Assembly: GCA_040878325.1 (NCBI GenBank)
Contig: JBBDMM010000001.1
Location: 62,001-126,000, forward strand
Source: Acidimicrobiia bacterium
GTDB taxonomy: Bacteria; Actinomycetota; Acidimicrobiia; Spongiisociales; UBA11373
Length of the DNA stretch: 64,000 nt
Reading direction: 5' to 3'
In this document: positions 21,605-31,482 of the stretch, one piece after another
Numbering within the stretch: position 1 is the stretch's first letter
Layout of the letters: each line of letters opens with the position of its first letter
Made by a program: the position numbers and the translations under genes
Notes under the pieces: generated by a model
Told to the model about the DNA's origin: nothing
Database searches by the model: none
The model's input: only the letters and a program-made list of their open reading frames with translations

Positions 21605-22024
21605 TCAGGCGTTGGGGTTGTCGTAGTAGACGAGAACGCCACCGTCGACCGTGCCGAGGATCTCATATGGGGTCTCGGTCCACTTGACCTGGGCCAAACC
21701 GCTGTCCGCGTCAGCCTGCTCCAGTGCCATACCCTCGACGGAGAACCCGTCGACAACGATGGTCGCGCCGCCCGGTTGCGGGGGGTACGACTCCAAGATC
21801 ATGTCGGCCAGCAGCACGGTCCCGTCCTCCAACACGAACAGGTACCCCGTCACCAGCACGGGAGCATTGCCATCCAACGCCAACGCGTCCGCCACGGAGA
21901 TCGGGGCGCCCACCGCCACCCGACCGCCGTCGGGTCCGGAGGTCGTGGTCGGCTCGTCCGCAGTGGCATCGCCGCACGCTGCCACCACCAACGCCAACGC
22001 CAGCAGGGCGATATATCTCTTCAT
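21605..22024 (-). CDS. Hypothetical lipoprotein
   Basis: MKRYIALLALALVVAAC signal peptide and lipobox; AAGGAG SD. Confidence 0.8.
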   Translation of the reverse strand: MKRYIALLALALVVAACGDATADEPTTTSGPDGGRVAVGAPISVADALALDGNAPVLVTGYLFVLEDGTVLLADMILESYPPQPGGATIVVDGFSVEGMALEQADADSGLAQVKWTETPYEILGTVDGGVLVYYDNPNA

Positions 22025-22091
22025 GGGTCTCCTTTGGCCGCTCTGACGGCCGAAACCGCCAGGCGGTTCCCGACCAACCGCCTGGGTCGGT

Positions 22092-22132
22092 TCTTGCGCA
22101 AGGCGGAAGGCGGATGGTGGAAGGCTGGCGGC
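22092..22132 (-). repeat. Heptamer array ending in GCAAGA directly after the thrS stop
   Basis: Minus strand: GCCGCCA GCCTTCC ACCATCC GCCTTCC GCCTTGC GCAAGA. Confidence 0.75.
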
Positions 22133-24060
22133 TACCGCGGCGGACGGCAGAGCTCCAGCAACTCGTCAGCCGCCTCGGACACGGCGATCCCCCGTCGTTC
22201 TTCCTCACTCCCGCGAAGGCGGATCCCGACGGTGGAGGCCTCGACGTCGTTGTCGCCCACCACCAACACTGCCGGGTGCTTGGCGGTAATGGCACGGCGC
22301 ACCTTTTCACCCACGGTGTCGTCGGACTGATCCACCTCCACTCGCAATCCGGCGCGGCGCAGGTCGGTGGCGACCTGGGTGGCGTAGTCGCCATGCCGAT
22401 CGGCCACCGGGACGACCGTCGCCTGGACCGGCGACAGCCACCCTGGCAGGGCGCCGGCGTAGTGCTCGAGCATCACCGCGAAGAAGCGCTCGATCGATCC
22501 CATCAGCGCCCGATGGATCATCACCGGGCGCTGGCGGCTGTTGTCAGCCGAGGTGTATTCGAGGTCGAAATTGGCCGGCTGCCCGAAGTCGACCTGCAGC
22601 GTCCCCATCTGCCACCGACGGCCGATCGCATCGCGGATGTGGATGTCGATCTTCGGTCCGTAAAAGGCTCCCTCGCCCTCGGCCACCTGATAGTTCAGCC
22701 CGGCATTGTCGAGAGCCAGCCGCAACGCGTCGGTGGCCTTCTCCCACAGATCGTCGCTGCCTACATACTTCTCGGGCTTCGTCGACAGGTCGGCGTCGAA
22801 TTCGACGAACCCGAAATCGCGATCGACCATCAGCACGAAGTCGAGGAGGGTCTGCAGTTCCTGCTCCACCTGATCCTCGGTGCAGAAAATGTGGCTGTCG
22901 TCCTGAGTGAAGCCCCGGGCGCGCAGCAGGCCCTGGACCACGCCCGATCGCTCGTAGCGATACACGGTGCCCAGTTCGAAGAGCCTCATCGGCAGCTCGC
23001 GGTACGACCGCGGATGCGCCTGATAGATGAGGATGTGGCCCGGGCAATTCATCGGCTTGATCATGTAGCGCTCGCCCTCGTCGACCTCGATCGCCGGGTA
23101 CATGTTTTCGGCGTAGAAGTCGACATGCTTGGAGATTTCCCAGAGCCGACGGCGGGCGATGTGCGGCGTCGCCACCAACTGGTAGTCATGGCTCAGGTGC
23201 GTGCGGCGCGAGTAATCCTCCATCACCATCCGGGTCAACGCGCCCTTCGGATGCCACACCGCCAGCCCGCTGCCCAGCTCCTCGGGGAAGGAGAACAGGT
23301 CCAACTCGGCGCCGAGCTTGCGGTGGTCGCGTTTGCGCGCCTCCTCGATTCGATATAGGTACTGCTCGAGCGCGTCGCGGCTCTCCCACGCCGTGCCGTA
23401 AATGCGCTGAAGCTGCGGGTTCTTCTCGTCACCCCGCCAATAGGCCCCGGAGGTTCGCAGCAGCTTGAACGCGGAAAGCCGCCCGGTCGACGGAAGGTGC
23501 GGGCCCCGGCACAGGTCGGTGAACCCGTTGTTGCGATACACCGATACCGCTTCGCCGGAGGCACCCTCGGCCTCTTCGACCGACTGGATGATCTCGGTCT
23601 TGAAGGGATGGGCGGCGAACTCGGCGAGGGCCTCCTGTTTCGACAACTCGTCTCGTACGAACGGCTGGTCGAGGGAGACGATCTCGGCCATGCGCGCCTC
23701 TATCGCCTCGAGGTCCTCTGGAGTGAACGCCCGCCCGATGTCGAAGTCGTAGTAGAAGCCGTCCTCGATCGGGGGCCCGATGGCGAATGTCGCCTCCGGG
23801 AACAAGTGCAACACAGCCTGGGCGAGGATGTGCGCAGCCGAGTGACGCAGGATATGGCGCCCCTCTTCGGTGGCCGCGGTGACCACCTCGAGGCGCCCCG
23901 TTTCCGGGAGCGGCCGCGAGAGGTCGAACGCTTCTCCATCGACCTTCACCGCCACCGCCGCCTTGGCAAGGCGCGGGCCGATGACGAGAGCGGCGTCCAA
24001 CCCGGTCGCGCCGTCCTCGACCTCGAGGACCTTTCCGTCGGGAAGCGTCAGCCTGGGCAT
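22132..24060 (-). CDS. thrS: Threonine--tRNA ligase
   Basis: MPRLTLPDG (TGS), RHSAAH, DLCRGPH, RDHRKLG, KPMNCPGH, AFYGPKID, MIHRA; start moved to ATG 24060. Confidence 0.98.
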   Translation of the reverse strand: MPRLTLPDGKVLEVEDGATGLDAALVIGPRLAKAAVAVKVDGEAFDLSRPLPETGRLEVVTAATEEGRHILRHSAAHILAQAVLHLFPEATFAIGPPIEDGFYYDFDIGRAFTPEDLEAIEARMAEIVSLDQPFVRDELSKQEALAEFAAHPFKTEIIQSVEEAEGASGEAVSVYRNNGFTDLCRGPHLPSTGRLSAFKLLRTSGAYWRGDEKNPQLQRIYGTAWESRDALEQYLYRIEEARKRDHRKLGAELDLFSFPEELGSGLAVWHPKGALTRMVMEDYSRRTHLSHDYQLVATPHIARRRLWEISKHVDFYAENMYPAIEVDEGERYMIKPMNCPGHILIYQAHPRSYRELPMRLFELGTVYRYERSGVVQGLLRARGFTQDDSHIFCTEDQVEQELQTLLDFVLMVDRDFGFVEFDADLSTKPEKYVGSDDLWEKATDALRLALDNAGLNYQVAEGEGAFYGPKIDIHIRDAIGRRWQMGTLQVDFGQPANFDLEYTSADNSRQRPVMIHRALMGSIERFFAVMLEHYAGALPGWLSPVQATVVPVADRHGDYATQVATDLRRAGLRVEVDQSDDTVGEKVRRAITAKHPAVLVVGDNDVEASTVGIRLRGSEEERRGIAVSEAADELLELCRPPR

Positions 24061-24154
24061 GGGAGCGCAAGGGTAGTGAGGCCCAGCCCGAGCCCCGGCT
24101 ACCGCTCGAGCCAGACGAGATTCCGGCTGCGGATGTCGCCGGAACTGGTGGTGC

Positions 24155-24865
24155 CTACTCGTCCTGTCGCATGTCTCTCCGAGACGCGCTTTCGGGTTCC
24201 GGCTGTGGCTGGGGCTGTGGCCGTGGCTGTCGCTGCCACGGCACTCCCAGCTTCGGAAGCAGGTAACGATCGAGGCCGTACCAGCCGGCATTGCGCCAGG
24301 CGAGCACCAGGAACAGCGACACCAGCACCATCCCCGGGTTCGCCCCTGAGCTTCCGGCGAACATGAACGAGAAATTGAGCAACGCGCCGAGAAAGGCCGC
24401 TATCCCGGTGAATGCTCCGACGATCAGGGCGATTCCGATGGCGAACTCACCAATTGCCACCATCGGGCCGAGAATCGGATGAAAGTCGTCACGCACGAAC
24501 TCGAGGAAGTTGACGTACCAGGAGTAGGCGACATCGGGGTGCGGGCCTTGGGATGCTTCGATCGCCCTGGCGGCGAATCCAGCCACCGAGTCGCCGACAC
24601 CCCGGAAGACCTCGGTGCCATCGGCGGTGACGACGGTTCCCGAGCGAACCCATCCGATGGAACCGCTACCCGTCAGCGAGAACTCGCTGCCCCACTCCCA
24701 TACCTTCCAGGTGATGTTGCCGCCAAAGACTTTGCCCCAGCCGGCGTGCAGCCATTCCCAACCGAGCCACAGGCGGGCCCCCAACCAAAGCCACGCCGTC
24801 CTGCTGGAGCCGAATAGCCACTTGGACCATCGGGGCTCGTCGAACTGAACCACGGTCGTCGTCAT
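24155..24865 (-). CDS. DoxX/DoxD (TQO small subunit)-like membrane protein
   Basis: RLWLGWEWLHAGWGK, WYVNFL, GEFAIGIALIVG, FAGSSGANP, AGWYGLDR. Confidence 0.85.
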   Translation of the reverse strand: MTTTVVQFDEPRWSKWLFGSSRTAWLWLGARLWLGWEWLHAGWGKVFGGNITWKVWEWGSEFSLTGSGSIGWVRSGTVVTADGTEVFRGVGDSVAGFAARAIEASQGPHPDVAYSWYVNFLEFVRDDFHPILGPMVAIGEFAIGIALIVGAFTGIAAFLGALLNFSFMFAGSSGANPGMVLVSLFLVLAWRNAGWYGLDRYLLPKLGVPWQRQPRPQPQPQPEPESASRRDMRQDE

Positions 24866-24971
24866 GATCACCCCTCTTCGATGACGGGCAGGATAGATGG
24901 AGGCGCCGATGGACAGCCACCAGCGTTCCGACCAGGCCGTGGGCTACCGGACGGACGAGGCCCGGCCGGTG

Positions 24972-25145
24972 CTATCCGAAGTGCTTGCCGCAGCCGGGGC
25001 AGGAGGAATCGTCTTCGAAGGTGCTCGTGCGGCACCACGGGCAGGGCAGGTCGGGGTCGATGGGATCGTGGAGCAGTACCAGGCGATGCGATCGCCCGCC
25101 GACAGCGGCCATTCCGATGATGAGCGTTGTGACGATCGCGAACAT
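24972..25145 (-). CDS. Small membrane-anchored zinc-ribbon protein (57 aa, not in ORF track)
   Basis: MFAIVTTLIIGMAAVGGRSHRLVLLHDPIDPDLPCPWCRTSTFEDDSSCPGCGKHFG; AGGAG SD 5 nt upstream. Confidence 0.75.
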   Translation of the reverse strand: MFAIVTTLIIGMAAVGGRSHRLVLLHDPIDPDLPCPWCRTSTFEDDSSCPGCGKHFG

Positions 25146-25257
25146 GGTTTCTCCTCGATCGACCGAAGGACGAGCGTAGAACGCCGTCGCGCGCCGACCA
25201 AGGACCTCCGCGCCCGCCGGGCAGGCCGGTCCCTGCCCTCCCTAGAGTCTGGGCTTC

Positions 25258-26256
25258 ATGTCACGCGTCGGATTGGTCCTGGGTGGTGGTGGCGTCACCG
25301 GAGCCGCCTTCAATTTCGGATCCCTCTTCTCGTTGCGAATGGCCACGGGGTGGGAACCCAATGACGCCGACGTCATCGTCGGCACCTCATCGGGGGCAGT
25401 GGCGGCCGCCCTCATTCGGTCGGGCCATCTCGACCTGGAGTCGATCGTTGGCGACGTCCGCGGCGCCCCGCAGCTGTCGCGGCTTCTGGGTCGCATCATC
25501 TACCGGCGGATCCGGCCGACGGGGATGGGCCGCTGGGTGAGGCACGGCCTGATTCCCGGCCTCCGCAAGCCGGGGGTGAGACTGGCACTCGGTTGCCCGG
25601 CCCGATACAGCACCGCCGGTATCCAGGAGTGGCTCGAGCGAGCGATGGGCGACGCCGCCGCCAGCTGGCCCGACCGTCCGACGACCATCGTTGCGTATCA
25701 ACTCGAGGCAAAGGAGCGGGTCGCCTTCGGTACGGTCGGCAGCCCGGATGCCGGCCTCGGAGTAGTCGTGGCCGCTTCGACCGCGGTGCCGATGGTCTTC
25801 GAGCCCGTGCTGATCGAAGGCCGTCATTACGTCGACGGTGGTATCGCCAGTGGAACCAATGCCGACCTGGTGCTCGGATCGGCCGAGCCTCTCGACCTGG
25901 TGATCGTGGTGGCTCCGATGGCCTCGATCGAACAGCGTCCTGACGCCCGCTTCTATGAGGGCGTCGTCGATCGCCTTGGGGGCTCCGCCCTCACCGCCGA
26001 GCTGGACGCCATCCGCACCGCGTGGCCCGAGACCGAGATCGTGGTGCTTCGTCCCGACCGGTCGGTCCTCGCCGAGACCCGACCCAATCCGCTGGATCCG
26101 GCGGCTGCCTTGCCGGCCTTCTTGCGGACCCTGCGCTCGATGCGGAGAACCCTTGGATCGCCTCAGGTATGGCCGGTGCTCGAACGCCACCTCGTCGCCC
26201 GCAAGCGGCGCTATCCCTGGAAGCGGGAACCGCAGGTCGTCGCCAAGGTCAGATGA
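25258..26256 (+). CDS. Patatin-like phospholipase
   Basis: GGGGVTG, GTSSG and DGG catalytic motifs. Confidence 0.92.
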   Translation: MSRVGLVLGGGGVTGAAFNFGSLFSLRMATGWEPNDADVIVGTSSGAVAAALIRSGHLDLESIVGDVRGAPQLSRLLGRIIYRRIRPTGMGRWVRHGLIPGLRKPGVRLALGCPARYSTAGIQEWLERAMGDAAASWPDRPTTIVAYQLEAKERVAFGTVGSPDAGLGVVVAASTAVPMVFEPVLIEGRHYVDGGIASGTNADLVLGSAEPLDLVIVVAPMASIEQRPDARFYEGVVDRLGGSALTAELDAIRTAWPETEIVVLRPDRSVLAETRPNPLDPAAALPAFLRTLRSMRRTLGSPQVWPVLERHLVARKRRYPWKREPQVVAKVR

Positions 26257-26336
26257 CGAGGGGCAATGGCGGCATCGGGCTCGCGACCGATCAGCCATCT
26301 ACGCTTGCATCCGCAGGCAAGCCGAGGAGACGAGCC

Positions 26337-26624
26337 GTGACCCAGATACCGAACGAGAAGCCTGTCTGGCAGACCCGACGCTTTCGCCTCATTGTCTTCT
26401 ACGGGTCCCTGGGGCTGCTGGCGCTGATCCTGATCCTGCAGAACTTCGACACCACCGAGGTTCAATTCCTCTTCTGGCGCGCTGAAGCAGCCCTGGCCTG
26501 GGTGCTGATCACATTCATGATCCTCGGGGCGGGAGTCGACGAGCTCGTCCGGGTGCTGGTTCGGCGCCGGCATAGCAAGAGGGCCGCGGCGATGCCACGG
26601 GAACACCCCGACTCCGAGTTCTGA
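26337..26624 (+). CDS. LapA/DUF1049-like small membrane protein
   Basis: ILILQNFDTTEVQFLFW...LAWVLITFMILGA; GAGGAG SD before GTG 26337. Confidence 0.8.
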   Translation: MTQIPNEKPVWQTRRFRLIVFYGSLGLLALILILQNFDTTEVQFLFWRAEAALAWVLITFMILGAGVDELVRVLVRRRHSKRAAAMPREHPDSEF

Positions 26625-26635
26625 ACCGCCCGGGG

Positions 26636-27109
26636 TCACACCCGCGGGGCTGGAAAGAGTGCGGGCGCCTTTCGCCCGGTGACTTCCTCGTCACCCCATG
26701 TGTCGTGGTACCAGACGTGGCGCAGCATCAGTCGAGCCTGCTCGATCCATTGGACGATCTTTGCCTTCGTCGGCAGTCGCTTGATGTCACGCTCCACCGC
26801 TGAGGCCACTTCGATCTCGTCCGCCAATTGGGCAGGGTTCCGGGTGCTCAGGTCGGCGATATCGTCGACGCCGGCCCTCACGAGGAGACGGGCGTAATCA
26901 TCGCTGACACCCTTGACCCGCATGAGGTCGGCGCGCTGAACCCAGTTGGCGACACGCTGGATCGGGATCTTGGTCTCGCGGGCTATTTCCCGGCGCCCGT
27001 CAGGAGTGCTGCCCCAGGTGAGCAGTCGAGCCGTTCCCTTGATCCCGGCGGACTGCAGCCGCTCGATCTGCTTGTCGGTGATCCCTTTGAGGCTGGTCAG
27101 GCTGGCCAT
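26636..27109 (-). CDS. DUF4332-like helix-hairpin-helix protein
   Basis: LKGI...LQSAGI, WVQRADLMRVKGV...YARLLVRAGVD, RLPT...WIEQA. Confidence 0.82.
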   Translation of the reverse strand: MASLTSLKGITDKQIERLQSAGIKGTARLLTWGSTPDGRREIARETKIPIQRVANWVQRADLMRVKGVSDDYARLLVRAGVDDIADLSTRNPAQLADEIEVASAVERDIKRLPTKAKIVQWIEQARLMLRHVWYHDTWGDEEVTGRKAPALFPAPRV

Positions 27110-27169
27110 CTGATCTCGGTTTCTGTTGCCTGGCCTCAAATTACCAAGATCGCACCACCCGGGCCGGTA

Positions 27170-27394
27170 TCAGACCGCCCAGCGCTGCTGTTCGGCGGCG
27201 AAGTCAGGCTGGTAGGCCTCGTCCTGGTCGTCGAGAAGCACCGCCGAGCCGCCCGGTCGAAGAATGATCGCCCCTGCGGGAAAGGGGCCATCGACACCCC
27301 ACAATTCGTCGATGCCGACCGCACGCGCCAGATCGTGGTTGCAGCGGCCTCGCTCGCAACTGTCGTAGGGGTCCGGAGTGTTTGCAGGTTCCAC
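27170..27394 (-). CDS. Hypothetical small protein
   Basis: Coding-like frame (CERGRCNHDLARAVGIDELWGVDGPFP) filling an intergenic gap; start uncertain. Confidence 0.45.
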   Translation of the reverse strand: MEPANTPDPYDSCERGRCNHDLARAVGIDELWGVDGPFPAGAIILRPGGSAVLLDDQDEAYQPDFAAEQQRWAV

Positions 27395-27504
27395 CGAGTG
27401 GCAATCGGCACCCTGCCGAGGGGCCTTTACCCATCCCTGGGTGTCGCTGCTGCCCATCGCCGCGACTCCCGGCTTGCCGCCAGCGGACGGGTAGGGTTGG
27501 CGGG

Positions 27505-27864
27505 ATGAAATTCGTCCTCGGCGTCGCCATCAACGCATTCGCGGTCTGGGTGGCGGTCGGCGTGGTGGGCGGCCTCGAGTTCAGCGGCGACTTCTGGAAA
27601 CTCGTGTTGATCGCGGTGATCCTCGGCGCCGTCAACGCCGCCATCAAGCCGGTCCTGAAGGTGCTCAGCATCCCTCTGATCGTGGTCACCTTGGGCCTAT
27701 TCCTGCTGGTGATCAACTGGTTGATGTTCGCCCTCGTCATCTGGCTGGCCGCGCCCAACCGACTCGACCTCGGCCTCACTTCCACCGGGTTCTGGGCCAC
27801 CTTCTTCGGCGCTCTCATCGTGTCGATCGCCAGCTGGATGGCGTCGGCGGCTGTCTCCAAGTGA
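27505..27864 (+). CDS. YvlD / phage holin superfamily IV-like membrane protein
   Basis: GAVNAAIKPVLKVLSIPLIVVTLGLFLLVIN, FWATFFGALIVS; leaderless TAGGGT-N7-ATG. Confidence 0.88.
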   Translation: MKFVLGVAINAFAVWVAVGVVGGLEFSGDFWKLVLIAVILGAVNAAIKPVLKVLSIPLIVVTLGLFLLVINWLMFALVIWLAAPNRLDLGLTSTGFWATFFGALIVSIASWMASAAVSK

Positions 27865-27888
27865 GCCTGGCAGCCTACTGAGGTCGAT

Positions 27889-28248
27889 CTAGTACCCCAG
27901 CTCGTGAAGACGCTCGTCGTCGATCCCCAGATGGTGGGCCACCTCGTGGAGCACCGTCTTGCGGATCTGCTTCTTGAGCCGTGACGGCGGCAGCCGCAGG
28001 GCCAGGTGGGGGCCCATGAATATGGTGATCCGATCGGGCATCGCGCCGGAGTAATGGCCCGCCCGGTCGTGGAGGTTCACCCCGTGGTACAGACCGAGCA
28101 GGGTGCCCCCTCCGCCGTACTCGTCGTCCTGGTCGGGTGACGGCCAGTCCTCGACCACCACATGGACGTTGTCGACCGCCTCGACCACCCACTCGGGAAG
28201 TTCTTCGAGGGCGGCGTCCACCAGTGCTTCGAACTCGTCGCGTCTCAC
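27889..28248 (-). CDS. Zincin-like metallopeptidase (minimal zincin family)
   Basis: LLGLYHG, MPDRITIF, TVLHEVAHHLGIDD.RL.ELGY. Confidence 0.9.
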   Translation of the reverse strand: MRRDEFEALVDAALEELPEWVVEAVDNVHVVVEDWPSPDQDDEYGGGGTLLGLYHGVNLHDRAGHYSGAMPDRITIFMGPHLALRLPPSRLKKQIRKTVLHEVAHHLGIDDERLHELGY

Positions 28249-28331
28249 CGGGGGGCAGGATACGACCGCCAGAAGACAGGCCTCGCCGTGACTCGAGCGA
28301 TGCGCAGCATGGGATCCGGTACCTTCCCGGC

Positions 28332-29286
28332 GTGCATTGGGATGTCACCTACCCAAGCGGCCTCTTGAGCGCGGCGCTCGACGAGTATGGCCTGACAGGT
28401 GCGCGGGTGGAGCCCATCAGGGCGTTCAACAACGCGGTGTTCCGCGTGACGACCCCCACCGATGACCTGGCGCTACGGATCCACCGATCCGGATATCGCA
28501 CCTCGAGGCAGATTCGATCCGAACTGGTCTACCTCAGCGGCCTGGCTGCAACCGGACCGATCGAAGTCCCGACTCCTCTCCCGACCCGGCATGGGCGCCT
28601 GGTGGCCGAAATCGATGCCGGCGACGAGGCTCGGCTCTGCAGTGTCATCACCTGGCAACCAGGAGCAGTCCGCCGGCCCGGTACTGGTGCCGGACAGGCG
28701 ACGCTGTCTCGGATCGGAGAGGCACTCGGGTGGATGCATTCGTTCTCAGAGTCGTTCACTCCGCCGTCAGCCTTCGAGAGGCCGAGGTGGGAGGTCGGGG
28801 CGCTGCTCGACCGCGACGCCTCCCAGCTGGCCCGAGGGCGACATCTCATCGACGAAGTGCACCAACGCTCTGGGGCCGCCCTTGGCGGCATCGCTCGGAC
28901 GCCGGCCAATCACGGGATGATTCACAACGACTTAATCCTGCTCAACTGCCTTCACCGTGGTCGCCGTACTGCCGTGATCGACTTCGACGACTGCGGCTGG
29001 GGTTTCTATCTCCAGGATTTTCGGGGGCATTCTCGGAAACCTCAAGGACTACCCCAATCACCGAACACTCTGGAAGTCGTTCCTCGACGGGTATCGGTCG
29101 GCGAGACCGCTTCCGTCAGAGCACCACGCGGACCTCGAGCTGATGGTCGCCCTGCGACACGCCGCCACGGCGCTGTGGATGATCGATCGCGATCGAGAGC
29201 ACCCCCTGCCGGGCGAACGTCTCCGCGAGAATCTGGACTATCGGCTGGAGGAGATCGAACGCTCTCTGCGCGCAATTGATCGGTAA
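28332..29286 (+). pseudogene. APH/homoserine kinase type II-like phosphotransferase with a +1 frameshift near 29018-29027
   Basis: NAVFRV, LRIHR, HNDL..LN, IDFDDCGWG. Removing one base from the T4/G5 run restores a plausible kinase C-terminus (FLDGYRSARPLP...AIDR*). Leaderless TACCTT-N6-GTG. Confidence 0.75.
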
Positions 29287-29317
29287 CAACCCACGCAAAT
29301 CGCGACGAGCCGGTTTC

Positions 29318-29339
29318 TGTCACACCCCGGTGGCATTGT
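29318..29339 (+). promoter_or_regulatory. RecA-NDp/PafBC-like leaderless promoter of HNH gene 1
   Basis: TGTCAC-accccggtgg-CATTGT, 6 nt before ATG 29346. Confidence 0.65.
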
Positions 29340-29345
29340 GCTGAC

Positions 29346-30458
29346 ATGGAAAGGCACTTCCTGGCCGAGGCGGTCGGGTTCTTGCACAAGGCGAACGACG
29401 CGCTGAATCCGAACCGGTGCGACGACGCCGAGGCTCGGGCGCTCCTGGCGCACTACGCCGAGGCGAAGAAGCTGGCCTCGTTCGGTGAGGCGGCGCTCGC
29501 CGCCCGACTCGCCGATCCCGGCCATGTGGCCCGGGTGACCGGCACCTCGGTCCGCCGGGCCAGGGAGACGCTGCAGACCGCCGAGCAGGCGGCGAAGACA
29601 CCCGCGTTGGGCAAGGCGATGCGGGCCGGTCAGATATCGCTCGAACAGGCAGCCGAGATCGCCAGGACCGAGCGGGTGGCTCCGGGTTCGGCGGGGGCGC
29701 TGTTGGAGCGAGCCCGGGGCGGTGCCCCCTTCCAGGTGCTGCGAGACGAGGGTCGCAAACGGCGGCTCGAAGTTCAGTCCTTTGAGGGTCTGGCAGAGCG
29801 GCAGCGAGAAGCACGATTCCTCAGCCACGGCGTCACAGAGGACGGAATGGTTCGTTTCGAGGGTGAGTTCGAGCCAGAGGTGGGCTGCCGCCTGGTCAAC
29901 CGACTCGAAGCCGAAGCGCGGCGCTTGGCCCGAGCCAATCGTCACGAGGAGCCGTTCCCGCGCTATCTCGCCGACGCCCTCCCCAACCTCATCGCAGGGA
30001 CCGGCGCGGCAAAGGGACACACCGAACTGGTCGTGCTCGTCTCGCACGGCGTGGCCGAGCGAGGCTGGAGAAGCGTTCAGGATGGCGAGTTCTGCAAGAT
30101 CCCCGGGGTGGGACCCATCGATCCCGAGACCGCCCGTCGTGTAGCCGACGACGCCTTCCTGTCTGGCATGTTCTTCGACGGTGAAGACCTGCGGCATATC
30201 AAGCGCTGGACCCGACACATCCCCGCCGCGGTCAAGGTCGCCCTCAACCTGGGCGATCCTCCGGAATTCGACGGACCCCGGTGCGACGACTGCGGCAACC
30301 GCCACGGACTGGAATGGGACCACGACGACCCAAAGGCCAACGGGGGCGAAACCTCGCTTGAGAACCTGAAGCCCCGCTACCGAAAGTGCCACCAGAAGAA
30401 GACTGCCCGCGACCGGGAGGCGGGGAGGCTCAAACCGGCGCGCGCCGGTCCCCGCTGA
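29346..30458 (+). CDS. DUF222-like / HNH endonuclease domain protein
   Basis: Helical N-terminus (GQISLEQAAEI; ADAL; ELVVLV; PGVGPI) and C-terminal CDDCG...EWDH.DP.ANGGETSLENL...CH. Confidence 0.85.
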   Translation: MERHFLAEAVGFLHKANDALNPNRCDDAEARALLAHYAEAKKLASFGEAALAARLADPGHVARVTGTSVRRARETLQTAEQAAKTPALGKAMRAGQISLEQAAEIARTERVAPGSAGALLERARGGAPFQVLRDEGRKRRLEVQSFEGLAERQREARFLSHGVTEDGMVRFEGEFEPEVGCRLVNRLEAEARRLARANRHEEPFPRYLADALPNLIAGTGAAKGHTELVVLVSHGVAERGWRSVQDGEFCKIPGVGPIDPETARRVADDAFLSGMFFDGEDLRHIKRWTRHIPAAVKVALNLGDPPEFDGPRCDDCGNRHGLEWDHDDPKANGGETSLENLKPRYRKCHQKKTARDREAGRLKPARAGPR

Positions 30459-30818
30459 TCAGCGCCGTCCCGGCGAGTCCCAACCCTCCGGCCGCCTGCT
30501 CTTCGGCAGCTTCGAGACGACCAGGTGATACGACTCGTCGACCGCCTCGATGATCTCGGCTTCAGGAATGGCTCCGTCGAGGGCGAGCGTGTTCCAGCCC
30601 GAGCGCCCGATGTAGGCCATCACGGAGGCGTCGTTCGGGTAGCGCGCCAACCACTCGTCGGCTTCCTCGCGGGTCCCGCACTTCACCCCGACCGAGCGGT
30701 CCCCGAAGAAGACAAAGATCTTGGTGTCGACCTTGGCGACGACGTCGTCCTCCCAGGGTTCGTCCTGCCAGGCCCCAGGCATGGACAGGCAGTAACGGAG
30801 GAGCTCCGCTGACGTCAC
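30459..30818 (-). CDS. MmcQ/YjbR family protein
   Basis: YCLSMPGA, PW, KIF, VKC, YIGRSGWN, VDESY.LVVSKLPK. Confidence 0.9.
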   Translation of the reverse strand: MTSAELLRYCLSMPGAWQDEPWEDDVVAKVDTKIFVFFGDRSVGVKCGTREEADEWLARYPNDASVMAYIGRSGWNTLALDGAIPEAEIIEAVDESYHLVVSKLPKSRRPEGWDSPGRR

Positions 30819-30872
30819 ATGGCGCTTTCCACAGATCGAGGATACGACCGGCCCGAACGGCAGAATGACCGG

Positions 30873-31445
30873 ATGACGGAAGTCACCTTCGTGCCCGCCT
30901 CCCTCGAGCGCCTCGACGATGTGCTCGAGGTGGTTCCGTCCGGGCGCGGCTGCACCTGCCAGTACTTTCGGATGTCCTCTGGCGACTACTCACGATCCGA
31001 CGAGGAGACGCGGGTGGGAGCCCTGCGCCGCCAGCTCCAAGACACGCCGGCGCCGGGGATGATCGCCTACGCGGGCGAGATCCCGGTCGCCTGGTGCGGC
31101 TTCGGCCCCAGGACCGACCTGGAGCGGCTGGTGCGGTCGCGCACCATCCCGAAGGTCGACGATCGCGCGGTGTGGTCGATCGTGTGCTTCAACGTGCGCC
31201 CCGGTTACCGCCGCCAGGGCATCACCAAGGGGCTCCTCGCCTCGGTCGTCGACTACGCCCGGGCGATGGGCGCCCCCGCGCTCGAGGCCTACCCCATCGA
31301 CCCGGAGGACTCGCGGGTCAGCACGGCGTTCCTCTACGTGGGCACGGTCACGACCTTTGAGGAGGCCGGGTTCCGCAGGGTTGCCCAGACCGGTTCGGTG
31401 AGCGCCGGCTTGCCGCGCTGGCTGATGCGGCTCGACCTGTCGTGA
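30873..31445 (+). CDS. GNAT family acetyltransferase
   Basis: CTCQYFR, WSIVCF.V..GYRRQG, LEAYP, F..AGF; CAGAAT-N6-ATG start. Confidence 0.88.
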   Translation: MTEVTFVPASLERLDDVLEVVPSGRGCTCQYFRMSSGDYSRSDEETRVGALRRQLQDTPAPGMIAYAGEIPVAWCGFGPRTDLERLVRSRTIPKVDDRAVWSIVCFNVRPGYRRQGITKGLLASVVDYARAMGAPALEAYPIDPEDSRVSTAFLYVGTVTTFEEAGFRRVAQTGSVSAGLPRWLMRLDLS

Positions 31446-31482
31446 TGGGCCCCGGCCAGCCCGGTACAATCCCGCCTTCTCC

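Noticed and set aside
27505..27864. Prophage suggested by the holin-family gene
   Set aside because: This family is a common chromosomal membrane protein; no phage genes nearby
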